64,000 bases of DNA from Candidatus Gilichinskyi gelida. GTDB lineage: Bacteria; Acidobacteriota; Thermoanaerobaculia; Gp7-AA8. Shown here piece after piece: positions 1-12,764 of this stretch. The stretch lies in the NCBI GenBank assembly GCA_038040385.1, contig JBBPII010000008.1:109091-173090 (forward strand). The letters are read 5' to 3'. The notes under the pieces are model-generated. The model worked only from the letters and a program-made list of their open reading frames with translations. It was not told where the DNA came from and did no database searches. The translations under genes and the position numbers were made by a program. Position 1 is the stretch's first letter. The number at the start of each line of letters is the position of its first letter.

Positions 1-651
1 TTTCAGGTCGTCCTCAAGCCGTCGCCGCTCGAGGTGCAGGACCTCTACCTCGACTCCCTCCGCGCGCTGGGGCTCGATCTCACGCGCCACGACATCCGCT
101 TCGAGGAGGACAACTGGGAGTCCCCCACCCTAGGGGCGTGGGGTGTGGGGTGGCAGGTGCTTCTCGACGGGATGGAGATCACGCAGTTCACGTACTTCCA
201 GCAGGCCGGCGGGATCGATCTCGCGCCGATCTCCGCCGAGATCACCTACGGCTGCGAGCGGCTGACGATGTTCCTGTCGCGGCAATCGTCGGTGTTCGAC
301 ATCGAATGGGGCGGCGGCTTCGGCTACGGCCCGGTGCGAAAGCAGGACGAGTACGAATTCTCGAAGTACTACTTCGAAGTCGCCGACATCGCGCTGCATT
401 GGAAGCTCCTCGAGGCTTACGAGTCCGAGGCCAAGCGATGCCTGGCGGAGAAACTGGTGCTGCCGGCGTACGACTGGACGCTCAAGTGCTCGCACATGTT
501 CAACACCCTCGACGCGCGCGGCGCGGTCTCCGTCACCGAGCGAGTCGGGGTGATCAAGCGGGTACGCGAGCTGGCGGTGGGATGCGCGCGGCAATATCTC
601 GAGGCGCGCGAGGCGCTGGGATTCCCGCTGCTGAAAGTCGCGAATGGCTGA
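1..651 (+). CDS. glyQ: Glycyl-tRNA synthetase alpha subunit, 5' end outside the window
   Basis: Frame 1 from nt 1 reads FQVVLKPSP...[29 protein letters not shown], colinear with E. coli GlyQ. No in-frame start upstream within the window. Confidence 0.93.
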   Translation, partial: FQVVLKPSPLEVQDLYLDSLRALGLDLTRHDIRFEEDNWESPTLGAWGVGWQVLLDGMEITQFTYFQQAGGIDLAPISAEITYGCERLTMFLSRQSSVFDIEWGGGFGYGPVRKQDEYEFSKYYFEVADIALHWKLLEAYESEAKRCLAEKLVLPAYDWTLKCSHMFNTLDARGAVSVTERVGVIKRVRELAVGCARQYLEAREALGFPLLKVANG

Positions 652-2695
652 TTACGTCTTCGAGCTCCTTCTGGAGGAGATCCCCGCCTGGATGCACGAC
701 ACCGCGCAGGCGACGCTGCAGCAGCAGTTCGCGCGCGTGATGCAGGAGATCGGCGCAACCGTGGCGCCGATCGTCAACAGCACGCCGCGGCGTCTGATCG
801 TCTACCTGCCGGAGCTTCCTGCCGGCGAAGCGGATCGCGACGAAGAGGTCAAAGGCCCGCCGGTCAAGGCGGCGTACGACTCCGAAGGCAAGCCAACGCC
901 GGCGCTCAACGGATTTCTGAAAAAGAACAGCGCGTCGCTCGACGACGTGATCCCCGGCGGCGATTACATCCGCGTCCGCCGCAAGATCAAGGGCCGCGCC
1001 ACGGGCGAGATCCTCCAGCAGCGCGTGCCGCAGATCTTCGAGTCGCTGCGCTGGCCGAAGATGATGCGCTGGGGCGCCGGCGAGCATTCGTACATCCGCC
1101 CCATTCACTCGATCGTCTCGACGCTCGACGGCGTGCACCTGCCGCTCGCCATCTTCGGCGTCGCCTCCGGCACCACGACGGTCGGCCATCGCACGCTTTC
1201 TCCGAAGCCGATCGAGGTCACCTCGTACAACGACTACGTCACGCAGCTCGAGCTGGGGCGGGTGGTCATCGACGCCATGCGCCGCCGCCACGTGATGGCC
1301 GAGCGGGCGCGCATCCTGGCCGCGCAGGTGCGCGGCACGCCGTCGGTCGACGCCTCGATCTGGTCGCAGTGGCAGTACCTGACCGAATACCCCGGTGTGG
1401 TGCGCGCGGAGTTCCGGCCTGAGTACCTGGCCATCCCCGAGGAAGTGCTGGTCACGGTGATGCGCGTGCATCAGAAGCAGCTTCCGATCCGCGACGCGAA
1501 CGAGAAGCTGACCAACTCATTCCTCGCGGTGCTCGACAACGACAGCGATCCCGACGGCAACGCCTGCTACGGCAACGCCTTCGTCACCAACGCCCGCTTC
1601 GCCGACGCGAAGTTCTTCTACGAGACCGATCGCCGCCGTCCGCTGGCCGACCGCGTCGAGCAGCTCGAGCACCTGCAGTTCCACGAGAAGCTGGGCAACT
1701 ACCGCGAGAAGACCGAGCGCATTATCTCGATCGTAGAAAAAATGGGTGGTGATCGCCGAGCGGCGCAGCTCTGCAAGGCAGATCTCGTCACCGAAATGGT
1801 CAAGGAGTTCACCGACCTTCAGGGAAAGATCGGCGGCATCTACGCCCGCGAGGAAGGCCAGCCGGACGAGGTCTGGCAGGCGATCTACGACCACTACCTG
1901 CCGGTCAACGCCGACGACCCGCTGCCGCGCACCGTGTCGGGAGCGATGGTCTCGCTCGCCGACCGCTTCGACACGCTGGTGGGCTTTTTCCGCATCGGGG
2001 CGAAACCGACCGGGTCGAAGGATCCGTTCGCCCTGCGGCGGGCGGCGCAGGGGGCAGTGCAAATCCTGCTCGACCGCTACAAACTCGGCATTGATTCTGG
2101 GATCGAACCGTTGATCGACTACGCGCAGGACGCACACGACTGTTACACCGTAAAAGCGGACCTGCTTGAGTTCTTTGCCGAACGTGTCCGTACTCTGCTC
2201 GAAGGGTCACGATTCGGCTTTGCGTATGACGAAATATCCGCTGCGATGACAACAACAGAAACGAGATGGTCACGATCACTCCATGATCTCGTCAAACGAA
2301 TCGAGGCGTTGAAGGCGATCCGCAACGAGACAAACTTTCTCTCGATTCTCGACTCGGCGAAGCGCATTCAAAACATCACGGCCGGCCATGAGTCGACGTT
2401 CGTCGACCCCGCCAGACTGGAAAACGATTTCGAGCGGCACTTGAATGAGCGGGCGACCGTCGTGGGCGCGCAGATCGAAGAAATGTTCCATATGCGCGAG
2501 TACCGCCTCGCGCTCGAGTCGTTCGCTACGCTGGCGCCGGAGCTGGAGACCTTCTTCAAGGAAGTCATGGTCATGGTCGACAACGAGGGCGTGCGCCGCA
2601 ACCGGATGTCGCTGCTGCGCAAGATCGGCAACGCGGTGATGAAGATCGCCGACGTGACCAAGATCGTCGTCGACCGCTCCGAGTACCGGGCGTGA
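644..2695 (+). CDS. glyS: Glycyl-tRNA synthetase beta subunit
   Basis: 683-aa ORF overlapping the glyQ stop by 8 nt. Its length and position directly after glyQ match the heterotetrameric GlyRS operon layout. Confidence 0.88.
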   Translation: MADYVFELLLEEIPAWMHDTAQATLQQQFARVMQEIGATVAPIVNSTPRRLIVYLPELPAGEADRDEEVKGPPVKAAYDSEGKPTPALNGFLKKNSASLDDVIPGGDYIRVRRKIKGRATGEILQQRVPQIFESLRWPKMMRWGAGEHSYIRPIHSIVSTLDGVHLPLAIFGVASGTTTVGHRTLSPKPIEVTSYNDYVTQLELGRVVIDAMRRRHVMAERARILAAQVRGTPSVDASIWSQWQYLTEYPGVVRAEFRPEYLAIPEEVLVTVMRVHQKQLPIRDANEKLTNSFLAVLDNDSDPDGNACYGNAFVTNARFADAKFFYETDRRRPLADRVEQLEHLQFHEKLGNYREKTERIISIVEKMGGDRRAAQLCKADLVTEMVKEFTDLQGKIGGIYAREEGQPDEVWQAIYDHYLPVNADDPLPRTVSGAMVSLADRFDTLVGFFRIGAKPTGSKDPFALRRAAQGAVQILLDRYKLGIDSGIEPLIDYAQDAHDCYTVKADLLEFFAERVRTLLEGSRFGFAYDEISAAMTTTETRWSRSLHDLVKRIEALKAIRNETNFLSILDSAKRIQNITAGHESTFVDPARLENDFERHLNERATVVGAQIEEMFHMREYRLALESFATLAPELETFFKEVMVMVDNEGVRRNRMSLLRKIGNAVMKIADVTKIVVDRSEYRA

Positions 2696-3885
2696 GACGG
2701 GCTCTGTTTCTCGGCCTCGCCTTGGTAGTCGCCTGCCAGCGGGAGAAGGCGCCGGCGCCCGTAGCGGGCGCCGCTACACGGGTTGACGAGGATGAGCGCG
2801 GCAGCCTGACCGGCATCGTCCGCGGCGCCACGATCGCGTCCCGCACCGGCGAGGCGCTCTTCGAGACCTCCGCGGCCGAAGTCATCGACGGCGATCCCGG
2901 CACCTACTGGCTCAACCCGCCGCGCGACTTCCCGCAGTCGATCGTTATCGCCCTTCCGGCGCGCGCGCGGATCGACCGCGTCGGCCTGCGGACCGCGGCG
3001 AGCTCGTACACCGCGAATCGCGTGCAGTTCGACGCCTCGGGCGACGGCACGACGTGGCAGGCGCTGACCACCGCGACCGCCAGGGAGACGGCGGACGCGC
3101 AGTGGTTCGACGTCGCGCCCATAGAGGCCGAGTTCCTCCGCGTGACCGTCATCGATCCGAGGCCGTCGCAGACCGACGTGCGCCTGCAATCGGTGCTGGC
3201 CCGCGGTGCGGAGCTGGAACCGCCGCGGCCCGGACCGATCGAAGGCTGCTGGACCCTCAACGGCCGTGCGGCGCGGTTCGCGCAGCGCGGCGCGCACGTG
3301 GTCGGCGCGCTGGCCATCGGCAACCTGCCGCTGTTCCTCGACGGCGGCAGCGACGGCCGCGTCGTCCGTTTCGTCTGGATCCGCGGCAACGATTACGGGC
3401 TCGCGCTGGCGTCGGTGTCGCCGGACGGCAAGCATCTGACGGCGGTGGAGTGGCATGAGGAGGCCATTCCGCTGTTTCGCGCGGAGTCGTGGTTCGGCGA
3501 GCGATGCGAGAGACGGGCTGAAGCCCGTCCTACATTGCGCGAGGACGTCGCGCTCGCGCTGCTTCAGCGGGTCGGGCGCTATTCCGCTTTCGGTTTGCGC
3601 TTTCGCGACGACGACACCCTCGACATCGAGGCCAGCCGCGAGACGCTGAAGCTGCTCGCGCAGCTCCTCGAGTCCCATCGGGCGCGCATCGTCGTGCACG
3701 AGTTCCGGGAGGCGACACCGCAAGCGAACAAGGTCCGCGCGCAGCGTGTGCTCGAGTCCGTCCGAGCGGCGCTCGGCAGCGACGTGGAGCTCGTCGCCGT
3801 CGGCAGTGACGCGCCGCGCCAGCAGCCGGTCACCGAGGCGCAGCGCGCGATGTACAGCAGCGTGGACCTCGAGATTCGGAGATAA
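2692..3885 (+). CDS. Lipoprotein with an F5/8 type C (discoidin)-like domain
   Basis: The GTG start overlaps the glyS TGA (GTGA). The N-terminus [15 protein letters not shown] has a lipobox. DGDPGTYWLNPPRDFPQSIVIAL resembles galactose-binding-like / discoidin domains. Confidence 0.6.
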   Translation: MRRALFLGLALVVACQREKAPAPVAGAATRVDEDERGSLTGIVRGATIASRTGEALFETSAAEVIDGDPGTYWLNPPRDFPQSIVIALPARARIDRVGLRTAASSYTANRVQFDASGDGTTWQALTTATARETADAQWFDVAPIEAEFLRVTVIDPRPSQTDVRLQSVLARGAELEPPRPGPIEGCWTLNGRAARFAQRGAHVVGALAIGNLPLFLDGGSDGRVVRFVWIRGNDYGLALASVSPDGKHLTAVEWHEEAIPLFRAESWFGERCERRAEARPTLREDVALALLQRVGRYSAFGLRFRDDDTLDIEASRETLKLLAQLLESHRARIVVHEFREATPQANKVRAQRVLESVRAALGSDVELVAVGSDAPRQQPVTEAQRAMYSSVDLEIRR

Positions 3886-3895
3886 TCGCGCCGCC

Positions 3896-6628
<2,733 letters not shown>

Positions 6629-7201
6629 TCACTCCTCCACCACGCTTTCGCGCTTCTCCTTCCGGCGGTGGTATAGCCAGACGCCGATGCCGGCGGCGAC
6701 TAGGACGATCAGGCCGTAGCGCTCGATGTGCGCGGCGCGTCCGAGGATGCGCTCCACGGCGGTGCCGAAGACGAAGCCCAGGCCGGCGATGACCACCGCC
6801 CAGACGGCGCAGGTAATCGCCTCGTAGATGAGAAACTTGATGGTGGAGATCTTCGAGATTCCGATGATCACCGCGCAGGTGATGCGCAGCCCGTACAGCC
6901 ACTGGGTGATGAATATGGCGGGGGCGCCGTAGCGCTCGAACATCCTGATCCCCTTGCCGAAGTGCTTCTTCATCTTCGGAAAGCGGTCCAGCAGCTTGAC
7001 CCCCTGCGAGCGGCCGAGCCAGAACCAGAAGCAGTGGCCGACGTACGCGCCGCTGAACGCCCAGAGAATCACCAGTGGGAGACTCAGGTGTCCGCGCTCG
7101 GCGAAGAAGCCGGCCAGCACCAGAATCGTCTCTCCTTCGAGGAACGTTCCGACGAAGACCGCCAGATAGCCGAACTTCTGCAGGAGCAGCTCAGGCGACA
7201 T
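6629..7201 (-). CDS. DedA / SNARE-associated family membrane protein
   Basis: 190 aa, multi-TM, with the DedA-like motif FLEGETILVLAGFFAERGHLSL. Confidence 0.75.
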   Translation of the reverse strand: MSPELLLQKFGYLAVFVGTFLEGETILVLAGFFAERGHLSLPLVILWAFSGAYVGHCFWFWLGRSQGVKLLDRFPKMKKHFGKGIRMFERYGAPAIFITQWLYGLRITCAVIIGISKISTIKFLIYEAITCAVWAVVIAGLGFVFGTAVERILGRAAHIERYGLIVLVAAGIGVWLYHRRKEKRESVVEE

Positions 7202-7272
7202 TCAACCCCGCGAAATGCAAGATTCGGGAACGGCCCTGAAATATGGGGCGGAAGCGTAACATTGAACGAAGC

Positions 7273-7800
7273 ATGAAACGCACGGCCATCGCCGTACTTC
7301 TGGCATTTGGAGCGCTCTCTCTCGCCGCCGACGAGAAGACCACCACGCAGGCGCCCGCGCCCGCGACGACCGCCGATTCGCCGCTGGTCGCGGCGGCGAA
7401 GGCAGCCGGCCGCACGACGACGTCGAAGAAAAAGAAGAAGATGGTGATCACCAACGAGACGCTGGCCAAGTCCGGCGGCCACATCTCCACCACCACCAAG
7501 GCCGCGCAGCAGCCCCTCCCACCGCTCCCCCGGGTCGACGGCACCCTCGACAAGCTCGCCGCCGATCAGAAGAAGCAGTACGACGCCGAGAAGGCCGCCG
7601 AGGCGAAGGCGCAAAAGGAAGCCGCGGAAAAGAAGAAGCGCGACGCGCAGCGCGCCAACGCCATCTACGAGGGCGACGACCCCGACGGGATTTACGAGGA
7701 TCCGGCCACAAGCGAGGGGCGCGCGAACAAGCAATCACCGCCTCCGCCGAATCAGCCGCCGACGATGCAGGTGCAGAAGCCGCCTACCTCTTCTCTCTGA
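7273..7800 (+). CDS. Secreted low-complexity Lys/Ala/Pro-rich protein
   Basis: Signal peptide MKRTAIAVLLAFGALSLAADE, then KKKKK, AEKAAEAKAQKEAAEKKK and PPPPNQPP tracts. The start is taken at the internal Met of ORF 7243..7800. Confidence 0.5.
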   Translation: MKRTAIAVLLAFGALSLAADEKTTTQAPAPATTADSPLVAAAKAAGRTTTSKKKKKMVITNETLAKSGGHISTTTKAAQQPLPPLPRVDGTLDKLAADQKKQYDAEKAAEAKAQKEAAEKKKRDAQRANAIYEGDDPDGIYEDPATSEGRANKQSPPPPNQPPTMQVQKPPTSSL

Positions 7801-8419
7801 TCTCCAGAGTCCGCAGCAGCTTCTCCAGCAGCGTCCAGATCTGGTCGAGGCTTTTCTCCATCCGTCCGAGCCGGCCGTCGAGATCTGCGTCGTCGAGCTC
7901 CTCGATCAAATCGCGAAAAATCGGATCGGTGACCGAGTCGCCGGCCGCGCGCGGTTTCGCCGTGAGCGTGTTCTCTCCGCGCTCCTCATCGGGATAGAAG
8001 CGCTCGATCATCGTCTGGATCGAGCTCTCCGGCGCGATCAGCGGCGTGACCGGCATCCCGACGATTTTCTCCACTCTGGCGATGGTCTCCGCGTCGGTCG
8101 GGTCGACCATCGCCACCTCGAGCCGCTCCCCCTCTACGCGCACCGGAATGGACTGGCACTCCAGCGCCGAGTTGCGCGTCATCCGCCGCAGGATTTTCTT
8201 CGGGATGTCGATGTGCAAAAGGCTGATGCACGGCACATCGATTTGCTTCGACAGGAACGCAGCAAGAACGTTCTCATCGATGAACTTCAGGTCGACGAGC
8301 GTCGACCCGAAGCGCTTGCCGGTCCGCCGCTGCTCGGCGAGGGCGATCTGCATCTGCACCTCGTCGATCAGATTGGCAGCGACGAGTATCTGGCCGAGCG
8401 TCTGCTTGCCGTGCTGCAT
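7784..8419 (-). CDS. Standalone T2SS-E N-terminal (MshEN-like) domain protein
   Basis: N-terminal TLGQILVAANLIDEVQMQIALAEQ resembles the c-di-GMP-binding MshEN motif (LGxxLVxxGxIxxxxLxxALxxQ), and the fold continues to MVDP...IERFY. There is no ATPase domain. The C-terminal 60 aa are charged and coiled-coil-like. Confidence 0.6.
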   Translation of the reverse strand: MQHGKQTLGQILVAANLIDEVQMQIALAEQRRTGKRFGSTLVDLKFIDENVLAAFLSKQIDVPCISLLHIDIPKKILRRMTRNSALECQSIPVRVEGERLEVAMVDPTDAETIARVEKIVGMPVTPLIAPESSIQTMIERFYPDEERGENTLTAKPRAAGDSVTDPIFRDLIEELDDADLDGRLGRMEKSLDQIWTLLEKLLRTLEIREKR

Positions 8420-8455
8420 CCCGATAAGTTTATCCTTGCGCGAAGCGCAAGGATC

Positions 8456-9451
8456 TCAGGACTCGGCCTTGAGCGATCGCGTCATTAGCCTCTGTAGTGC
8501 GGCGCGCGGCGACTCGCCCTCGTACAGGACGCGATACATCTCCGAGGCGATCGGCATGTCGATGTCGTGGCGCAGCGCGATCTCCTGCACTGCCTTCGCC
8601 GTCTTGACGCCCTCAGCCACGGTGCGCGTCTCCGCCAGGATGGCCTCGAGCTTCTTGCCCTTCCCGAGCGCCACGCCGAGGCTGCGGTTGCGCGACAGCG
8701 AACCGGTGCAGGTCAGCACCAGATCGCCCATCCCAGCGAGGCCGGCGAACGTCTCCAGCCGCCCACCCAACGCGATGCCGAGTTTGGTCATTTCGTGCAG
8801 CCCGCGCGTGATCAGCGCCGCGGTGGTGTTGTATCCGAGGCCCAGCCCCTCGAGGACACCGGCGGAAATGGCGATGACGTTCTTCAGCGACCCTGACAGT
8901 TCGACGCCCACCACGTCGGTCGTGTGGTAGAGCCGGAAGCTGGTGCACGACAGCGCCTTCTGCGCCGTCTGGGCGAAGGCGGTGTCGCGCGAGGCCACCA
9001 CCGCCGCAGTCGGATCGCCGCGCGCGACTTCCAACGCGAAGGTCGGGCCCGACAGCACGGCGAACGCGCCGAGCGCATCGCCGAGCACCGCCTCGGTGAT
9101 CTCCGACATGCGCTGCTGCGTTTCGATCTCGATGCCCTTGGTCCCGGAGATCACGTTCGCCCGTCCGCGCAGGTGCGGCTTCAACTGCGACAGGACGGTG
9201 CGGTAGTGGTGGCTCGGGACGACCATGAAGATGGTGTCGCTGAACGCCGCGGCCTCGGCCAGCGAGCTGGTGGCGTGCACGTTGTCGCCGACCGTGATGT
9301 CGGGGAGGTAGAACGGATTGGAGCGCGTCGTTTCGATCGCCTCGGCGACGCGCGGGTCGTGCGCCCAGAGGACGATCTCGTTGTCGCAGCGCGACGCGAT
9401 CGCCGCCATCGCCGTGCCGAACGAGCCCGCGCCGATGACCGCGATCTTCAC
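8456..9451 (-). CDS. gpsA: NAD(P)H-dependent glycerol-3-phosphate dehydrogenase
   Basis: GTG start (VKIAVIGAGSFGTA, a Rossmann motif). 332 aa, full-length GpsA similarity. The listed 481-aa ORF carries a spurious N-terminal extension overlapping plsY. Confidence 0.9.
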   Translation of the reverse strand: MKIAVIGAGSFGTAMAAIASRCDNEIVLWAHDPRVAEAIETTRSNPFYLPDITVGDNVHATSSLAEAAAFSDTIFMVVPSHHYRTVLSQLKPHLRGRANVISGTKGIEIETQQRMSEITEAVLGDALGAFAVLSGPTFALEVARGDPTAAVVASRDTAFAQTAQKALSCTSFRLYHTTDVVGVELSGSLKNVIAISAGVLEGLGLGYNTTAALITRGLHEMTKLGIALGGRLETFAGLAGMGDLVLTCTGSLSRNRSLGVALGKGKKLEAILAETRTVAEGVKTAKAVQEIALRHDIDMPIASEMYRVLYEGESPRAALQRLMTRSLKAES

Positions 9452-10092
9452 TCCCGCCCGCCCATCTTCCGCTCCGTCCCCTGCGTCAGCCGGGCGATGT
9501 TCGAGTGGTGCTTCACGATGATGGCGATGGAGATGACGATGCTGAGGACGACGGTCCAGAACGGCGCATGCGTGAGGAAGCGGAGGAAGATCGGAATCGA
9601 CGCGGCGCTGAGAATGGAAGCGAGCGACACGACGCGCGTGGCGAGGATGACGATGATGAAGACGATGACCCCCGCGGCGAGCGCCTTCGGATCGATGGCC
9701 AGAAAGGCCCCAGTCGCCGTGGCCACGCCCTTGCCGCCATGGAACTTCAGCCACACCGGGAACATGTGCGCCAGCACGGCGACCACCGCCGCGAGGGCGA
9801 CCCAGAACGCCTGCGACCGCAGCGGTGAGGCGTCCGCCATCGCGGCGAGGGGCCACTCCGGCCGCGCCGTGATCCACTCCGCCGCCGCCACAGCCGCCCA
9901 CCCCTTCGCCACATCGAGCAGCAGCGCGATGATCCCCGGCAGCTTCCCGAACGACCGCGCCACGTTCGTCGCCCCCACGTTGCGGCTCCCGTGCTGGCGA
10001 ATGTCCGCCCCCGCGAACAGCTTCACCACCAGAAAGCTGAACGGAATCGATCCGAGGAGGTAGGCGAGAACGATCAGGGCGGCGGGGAGCAT
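9448..10092 (-). CDS. plsY: Glycerol-3-phosphate acyltransferase PlsY
   Basis: 214-aa membrane protein with GSIPFS, GSRNVGATNV and KGVAT motifs. Overlaps the gpsA start by 4 nt. Confidence 0.9.
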   Translation of the reverse strand: MLPAALIVLAYLLGSIPFSFLVVKLFAGADIRQHGSRNVGATNVARSFGKLPGIIALLLDVAKGWAAVAAAEWITARPEWPLAAMADASPLRSQAFWVALAAVVAVLAHMFPVWLKFHGGKGVATATGAFLAIDPKALAAGVIVFIIVILATRVVSLASILSAASIPIFLRFLTHAPFWTVVLSIVISIAIIVKHHSNIARLTQGTERKMGGRE

Positions 10093-10119
10093 GCGCGCCG
10101 CATTGTAGCGGCGCGTGCG

Positions 10120-10728
10120 CTACTCCTGATTACGCAGGGCCGAAATCAACATGCCCGCTCCGATTGCCACGACCGCGATTCCTGCCGCGACCTTGCCCGG
10201 GTTCTCTTTTGCGTAGCCCGCGGCCTTCGATGTCGAGCTCCGGAGATACTCCCGCGCGATCGCCAAGTGCTCCTCGACGTCCACGTCGGTGATACTGCTC
10301 TTGAGTGACGTGACCATCTCCTCGTTGATGCCGAGTCGCCCGAGAAGCTGAAAGGCACCGCTGTCCCCTATGCGCGCGCCGCAATCGGGACACCTCGCGT
10401 CGTGCGGAGAAGCGATGGTCGCGAACTCGACGGCTCGCATGGGCGGCGCGGTCTTCAACGCCTTCATCAGCGGAGTGCAGAATTCGCAGTTCCACACATG
10501 GTCCAAGCGCGCTTCGGACAGATCGTCGATGGCGTCGATCTCCTCGAGGTTGACGCAATTGGCGGAAAACCTGCGCGTTGCCCGCTGAATGGCGGCCATC
10601 GCCTCGGGCGAATCAAATGCCAATTCCCTAGCGATGCCTTCCACCGCAATCTGGACTTCTTGGGCCGGACCGGATGGTTCTGGCGATATGGCGCCTCGGG
10701 TCGTTTCCATGGGTTCTCCTTTGGACAT
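10120..10728 (-). CDS. Putative membrane-anchored zinc-finger (zf-HC2 / ZAS-like) anti-sigma factor
   Basis: Has an H-x3-C-x2-C motif (HVWNCEFC), a second CPDC motif, and a single C-terminal TM helix (VAAGIAVVAIGAGMLISAL). Lies 3 nt downstream of the ECF sigma gene. Confidence 0.5.
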   Translation of the reverse strand: MSKGEPMETTRGAISPEPSGPAQEVQIAVEGIARELAFDSPEAMAAIQRATRRFSANCVNLEEIDAIDDLSEARLDHVWNCEFCTPLMKALKTAPPMRAVEFATIASPHDARCPDCGARIGDSGAFQLLGRLGINEEMVTSLKSSITDVDVEEHLAIAREYLRSSTSKAAGYAKENPGKVAAGIAVVAIGAGMLISALRNQE

Positions 10729-10731
10729 CCA

Positions 10732-11301
10732 CTAATACTTCGGGGAGCGGACTTTCTTTACATCCCCGTCGACCGCGGCCTTCAGTTTCTGCCTGATCCG
10801 GTGCAGACGTGTGCCAGCGGCCGCATAGCTCGTGCCATATTGGCGTGCAAGCTCGCCCAGCGAATACCCGCTGTCGTAGTACCGGTGAAAGAACTCGTGG
10901 TCTCGCTCGGACAACTGCCGAAGGATGTCCTCGACGATCACGCGCTCGTCGGCCTCAACCTTCGATGCGACGTCGATGGAAAGCGCCACCTCCCGATCGC
11001 GCTTCCCGATTGCAGCGATGGCGAGATTGCGTGCCACCCGGCGGAGATAGGCACGGATCACTCCGTCGTCTGGAAGCGTGCTCGTGTCGTTGCGCCACGG
11101 GCTGTAGAGCAGGAAGCGAAAGAACACTTCGCTGACGATGTCCCCGAGATCGTCGCGTACACCGAGGAAGTACAACGCGGTGACAACGTGGCGCCGGTAA
11201 AAATGGTAGAAGTCCTCCCAGGCCTGCTGGTTGTGCCGGTCCTCGCGGAGCATGGCGAGAAAGCGCGGCTGCTCGCGGTCCTTCGCGGTCCCTTGAGTCA
11301 C
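10732..11301 (-). CDS. ECF (sigma-70 family) RNA polymerase sigma factor
   Basis: About 190 aa from the GTG start. Region 2 (FLAMLREDRHNQQAWEDFYHFYRRHV) and region 4 (YYDSGYSLGELARQYGTSYAAAGTRLHRIRQKL) are present. The GTG overlaps the upstream hydrolase stop (GTGA). Confidence 0.8.
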   Translation of the reverse strand: MTQGTAKDREQPRFLAMLREDRHNQQAWEDFYHFYRRHVVTALYFLGVRDDLGDIVSEVFFRFLLYSPWRNDTSTLPDDGVIRAYLRRVARNLAIAAIGKRDREVALSIDVASKVEADERVIVEDILRQLSERDHEFFHRYYDSGYSLGELARQYGTSYAAAGTRLHRIRQKLKAAVDGDVKKVRSPKY

Positions 11302-12161
11302 AGCCACTTCGCCTTCTCGAGGTAGTACGCGGACACGATGCTCATGGCAAGATCCCGGGCCGGTTGTATGCCCGCCGCGCCTTCGTCGGCCATTACCTTC
11401 AGAAGATGAGCGAGGAATGCGGGAGAGCGCTCGCCGGGGAGCAGGAGATCGAGCACCTCGATCAGAAGCGGCTCGCATAGGTGGCGAAGCGCACGGCGCG
11501 CGGCCGTGTCGCCTTGCCGCGCCGCATCGCACAACGCCGCGAACTCCACGTTGCCGAAGATGAACGGACGCCAAAAACGGTCGCAGTGGGAACGAAGCAC
11601 GAAGTGATCGGAATGTTTGAACAGCGGATTGTCTCGTTCCTGAAGTCGAGGGTGCTTCTGATGAAAGCCATCAAGGCCCGACGGACCGCTATGAGGGATC
11701 TGCGATCGAAGCAAACCTGTGCGAAAGAGTTTCACCACCCAATCATCGCCCGCTCGCTCATTGAGCACTTCGCGAACGCGACCGGCCTCGAGCATCGCAG
11801 ACCAATCGTAGTCCTGATCCACGATCGAGCCACAGAGAATCAGGCGATCGTAGCGGATGGCGGTGAAGCGAAGGAGGGCAACGGAGGCTACATAGCTGCC
11901 GAAGCTATGCCCGATGACGGACGGTACGACTTTCGTCTTCTGCCACCAGGAGTCGTACCACGTGGAAAACTCCTCGATGACTTCGTTTCGCGGCTTCTCG
12001 AAGCCGGCCTCCCAGAATTCAAAGTAACGGTACGAGTGTGGTTCGTGAGTGAAGTTCGCGATGTGCTCGAACGACGGGTCGATATGATCCTGCCAGAGCG
12101 GACCGCGATTCTTGTCGGTGCGGACGCCGTGAATCGAAAACAAGACCTTCTCTACAGGCAT
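11298..12161 (-). CDS. Alpha/beta-hydrolase-fold serine hydrolase (lipase/esterase-like) with a C-terminal helical domain
   Basis: HG oxyanion motif (FSIHGV) and nucleophile elbow GHSFG (VIGHSFGSYVAS). 287 aa. The first gene of the hydrolase–sigma–anti-sigma unit. Confidence 0.55.
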   Translation of the reverse strand: MPVEKVLFSIHGVRTDKNRGPLWQDHIDPSFEHIANFTHEPHSYRYFEFWEAGFEKPRNEVIEEFSTWYDSWWQKTKVVPSVIGHSFGSYVASVALLRFTAIRYDRLILCGSIVDQDYDWSAMLEAGRVREVLNERAGDDWVVKLFRTGLLRSQIPHSGPSGLDGFHQKHPRLQERDNPLFKHSDHFVLRSHCDRFWRPFIFGNVEFAALCDAARQGDTAARRALRHLCEPLLIEVLDLLLPGERSPAFLAHLLKVMADEGAAGIQPARDLAMSIVSAYYLEKAKWL

Positions 12162-12242
12162 CGAACCCCTCCTGCCAAAGAGTGTCGTTGGAGAGGAAAG
12201 TCCTACCTGTCGAGAGCTGCGGCGCTCGGTACGCGCCGTATG

Positions 12243-12764
12243 CTACTGGGAGGCGATCCGTGACACCGCGGCGCGCAGGGTGGGCGGATCGACGGCGGGG
12301 TACCGGTACAACGACGACTCGACTTCGGCGAAAAGGTCGCTGAGTCGCTTCGGCTCGACCAGTCCATCGCGGATCATCGAGTCGACGTCGTCCAGATCCT
12401 TTCGATGCCCTCTCTCGAGCTTCGCCAGAGCTTGGGTATAGAAATCAAAGTGATGAAAGGAGATCACGCTTTCGCGAGCAATGAACGGGCTGCGGTCTTC
12501 CCAACCCGGAAGCGGTGGAACGAAATCGGCTGGAGAGGCCAGCTCAATGTTGATGTGCAGCTTCTCTTTGAGCTCGGGGACGGCGCGAAGGATTCGATCG
12601 TTTTCAGGGACGATCTTGATGTCGACGTCTACGGTGCCTTCACGCCAGCCGCGCAAGACCGCGCTCGCTCCACCAGCGAGGTAAACACGGCCCGGCTCCC
12701 GCGCCTCGGCGGCGATCGCGCGCATGAACGCGCGAATCCGCGGTTCGGTTACGGGTTCACGCAT
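12243..12764 (-). CDS. Minimal Pol-beta-superfamily nucleotidyltransferase
   Basis: GS...DxD signature (LAGGASAVLRGWREGTVDVDIKI). 173 aa taken from the internal Met of the 667-aa listed ORF; the rest of that ORF is GC-driven frame noise. An alternative start lies 13 codons downstream. Confidence 0.55.
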   Translation of the reverse strand: MREPVTEPRIRAFMRAIAAEAREPGRVYLAGGASAVLRGWREGTVDVDIKIVPENDRILRAVPELKEKLHINIELASPADFVPPLPGWEDRSPFIARESVISFHHFDFYTQALAKLERGHRKDLDDVDSMIRDGLVEPKRLSDLFAEVESSLYRYPAVDPPTLRAAVSRIASQ

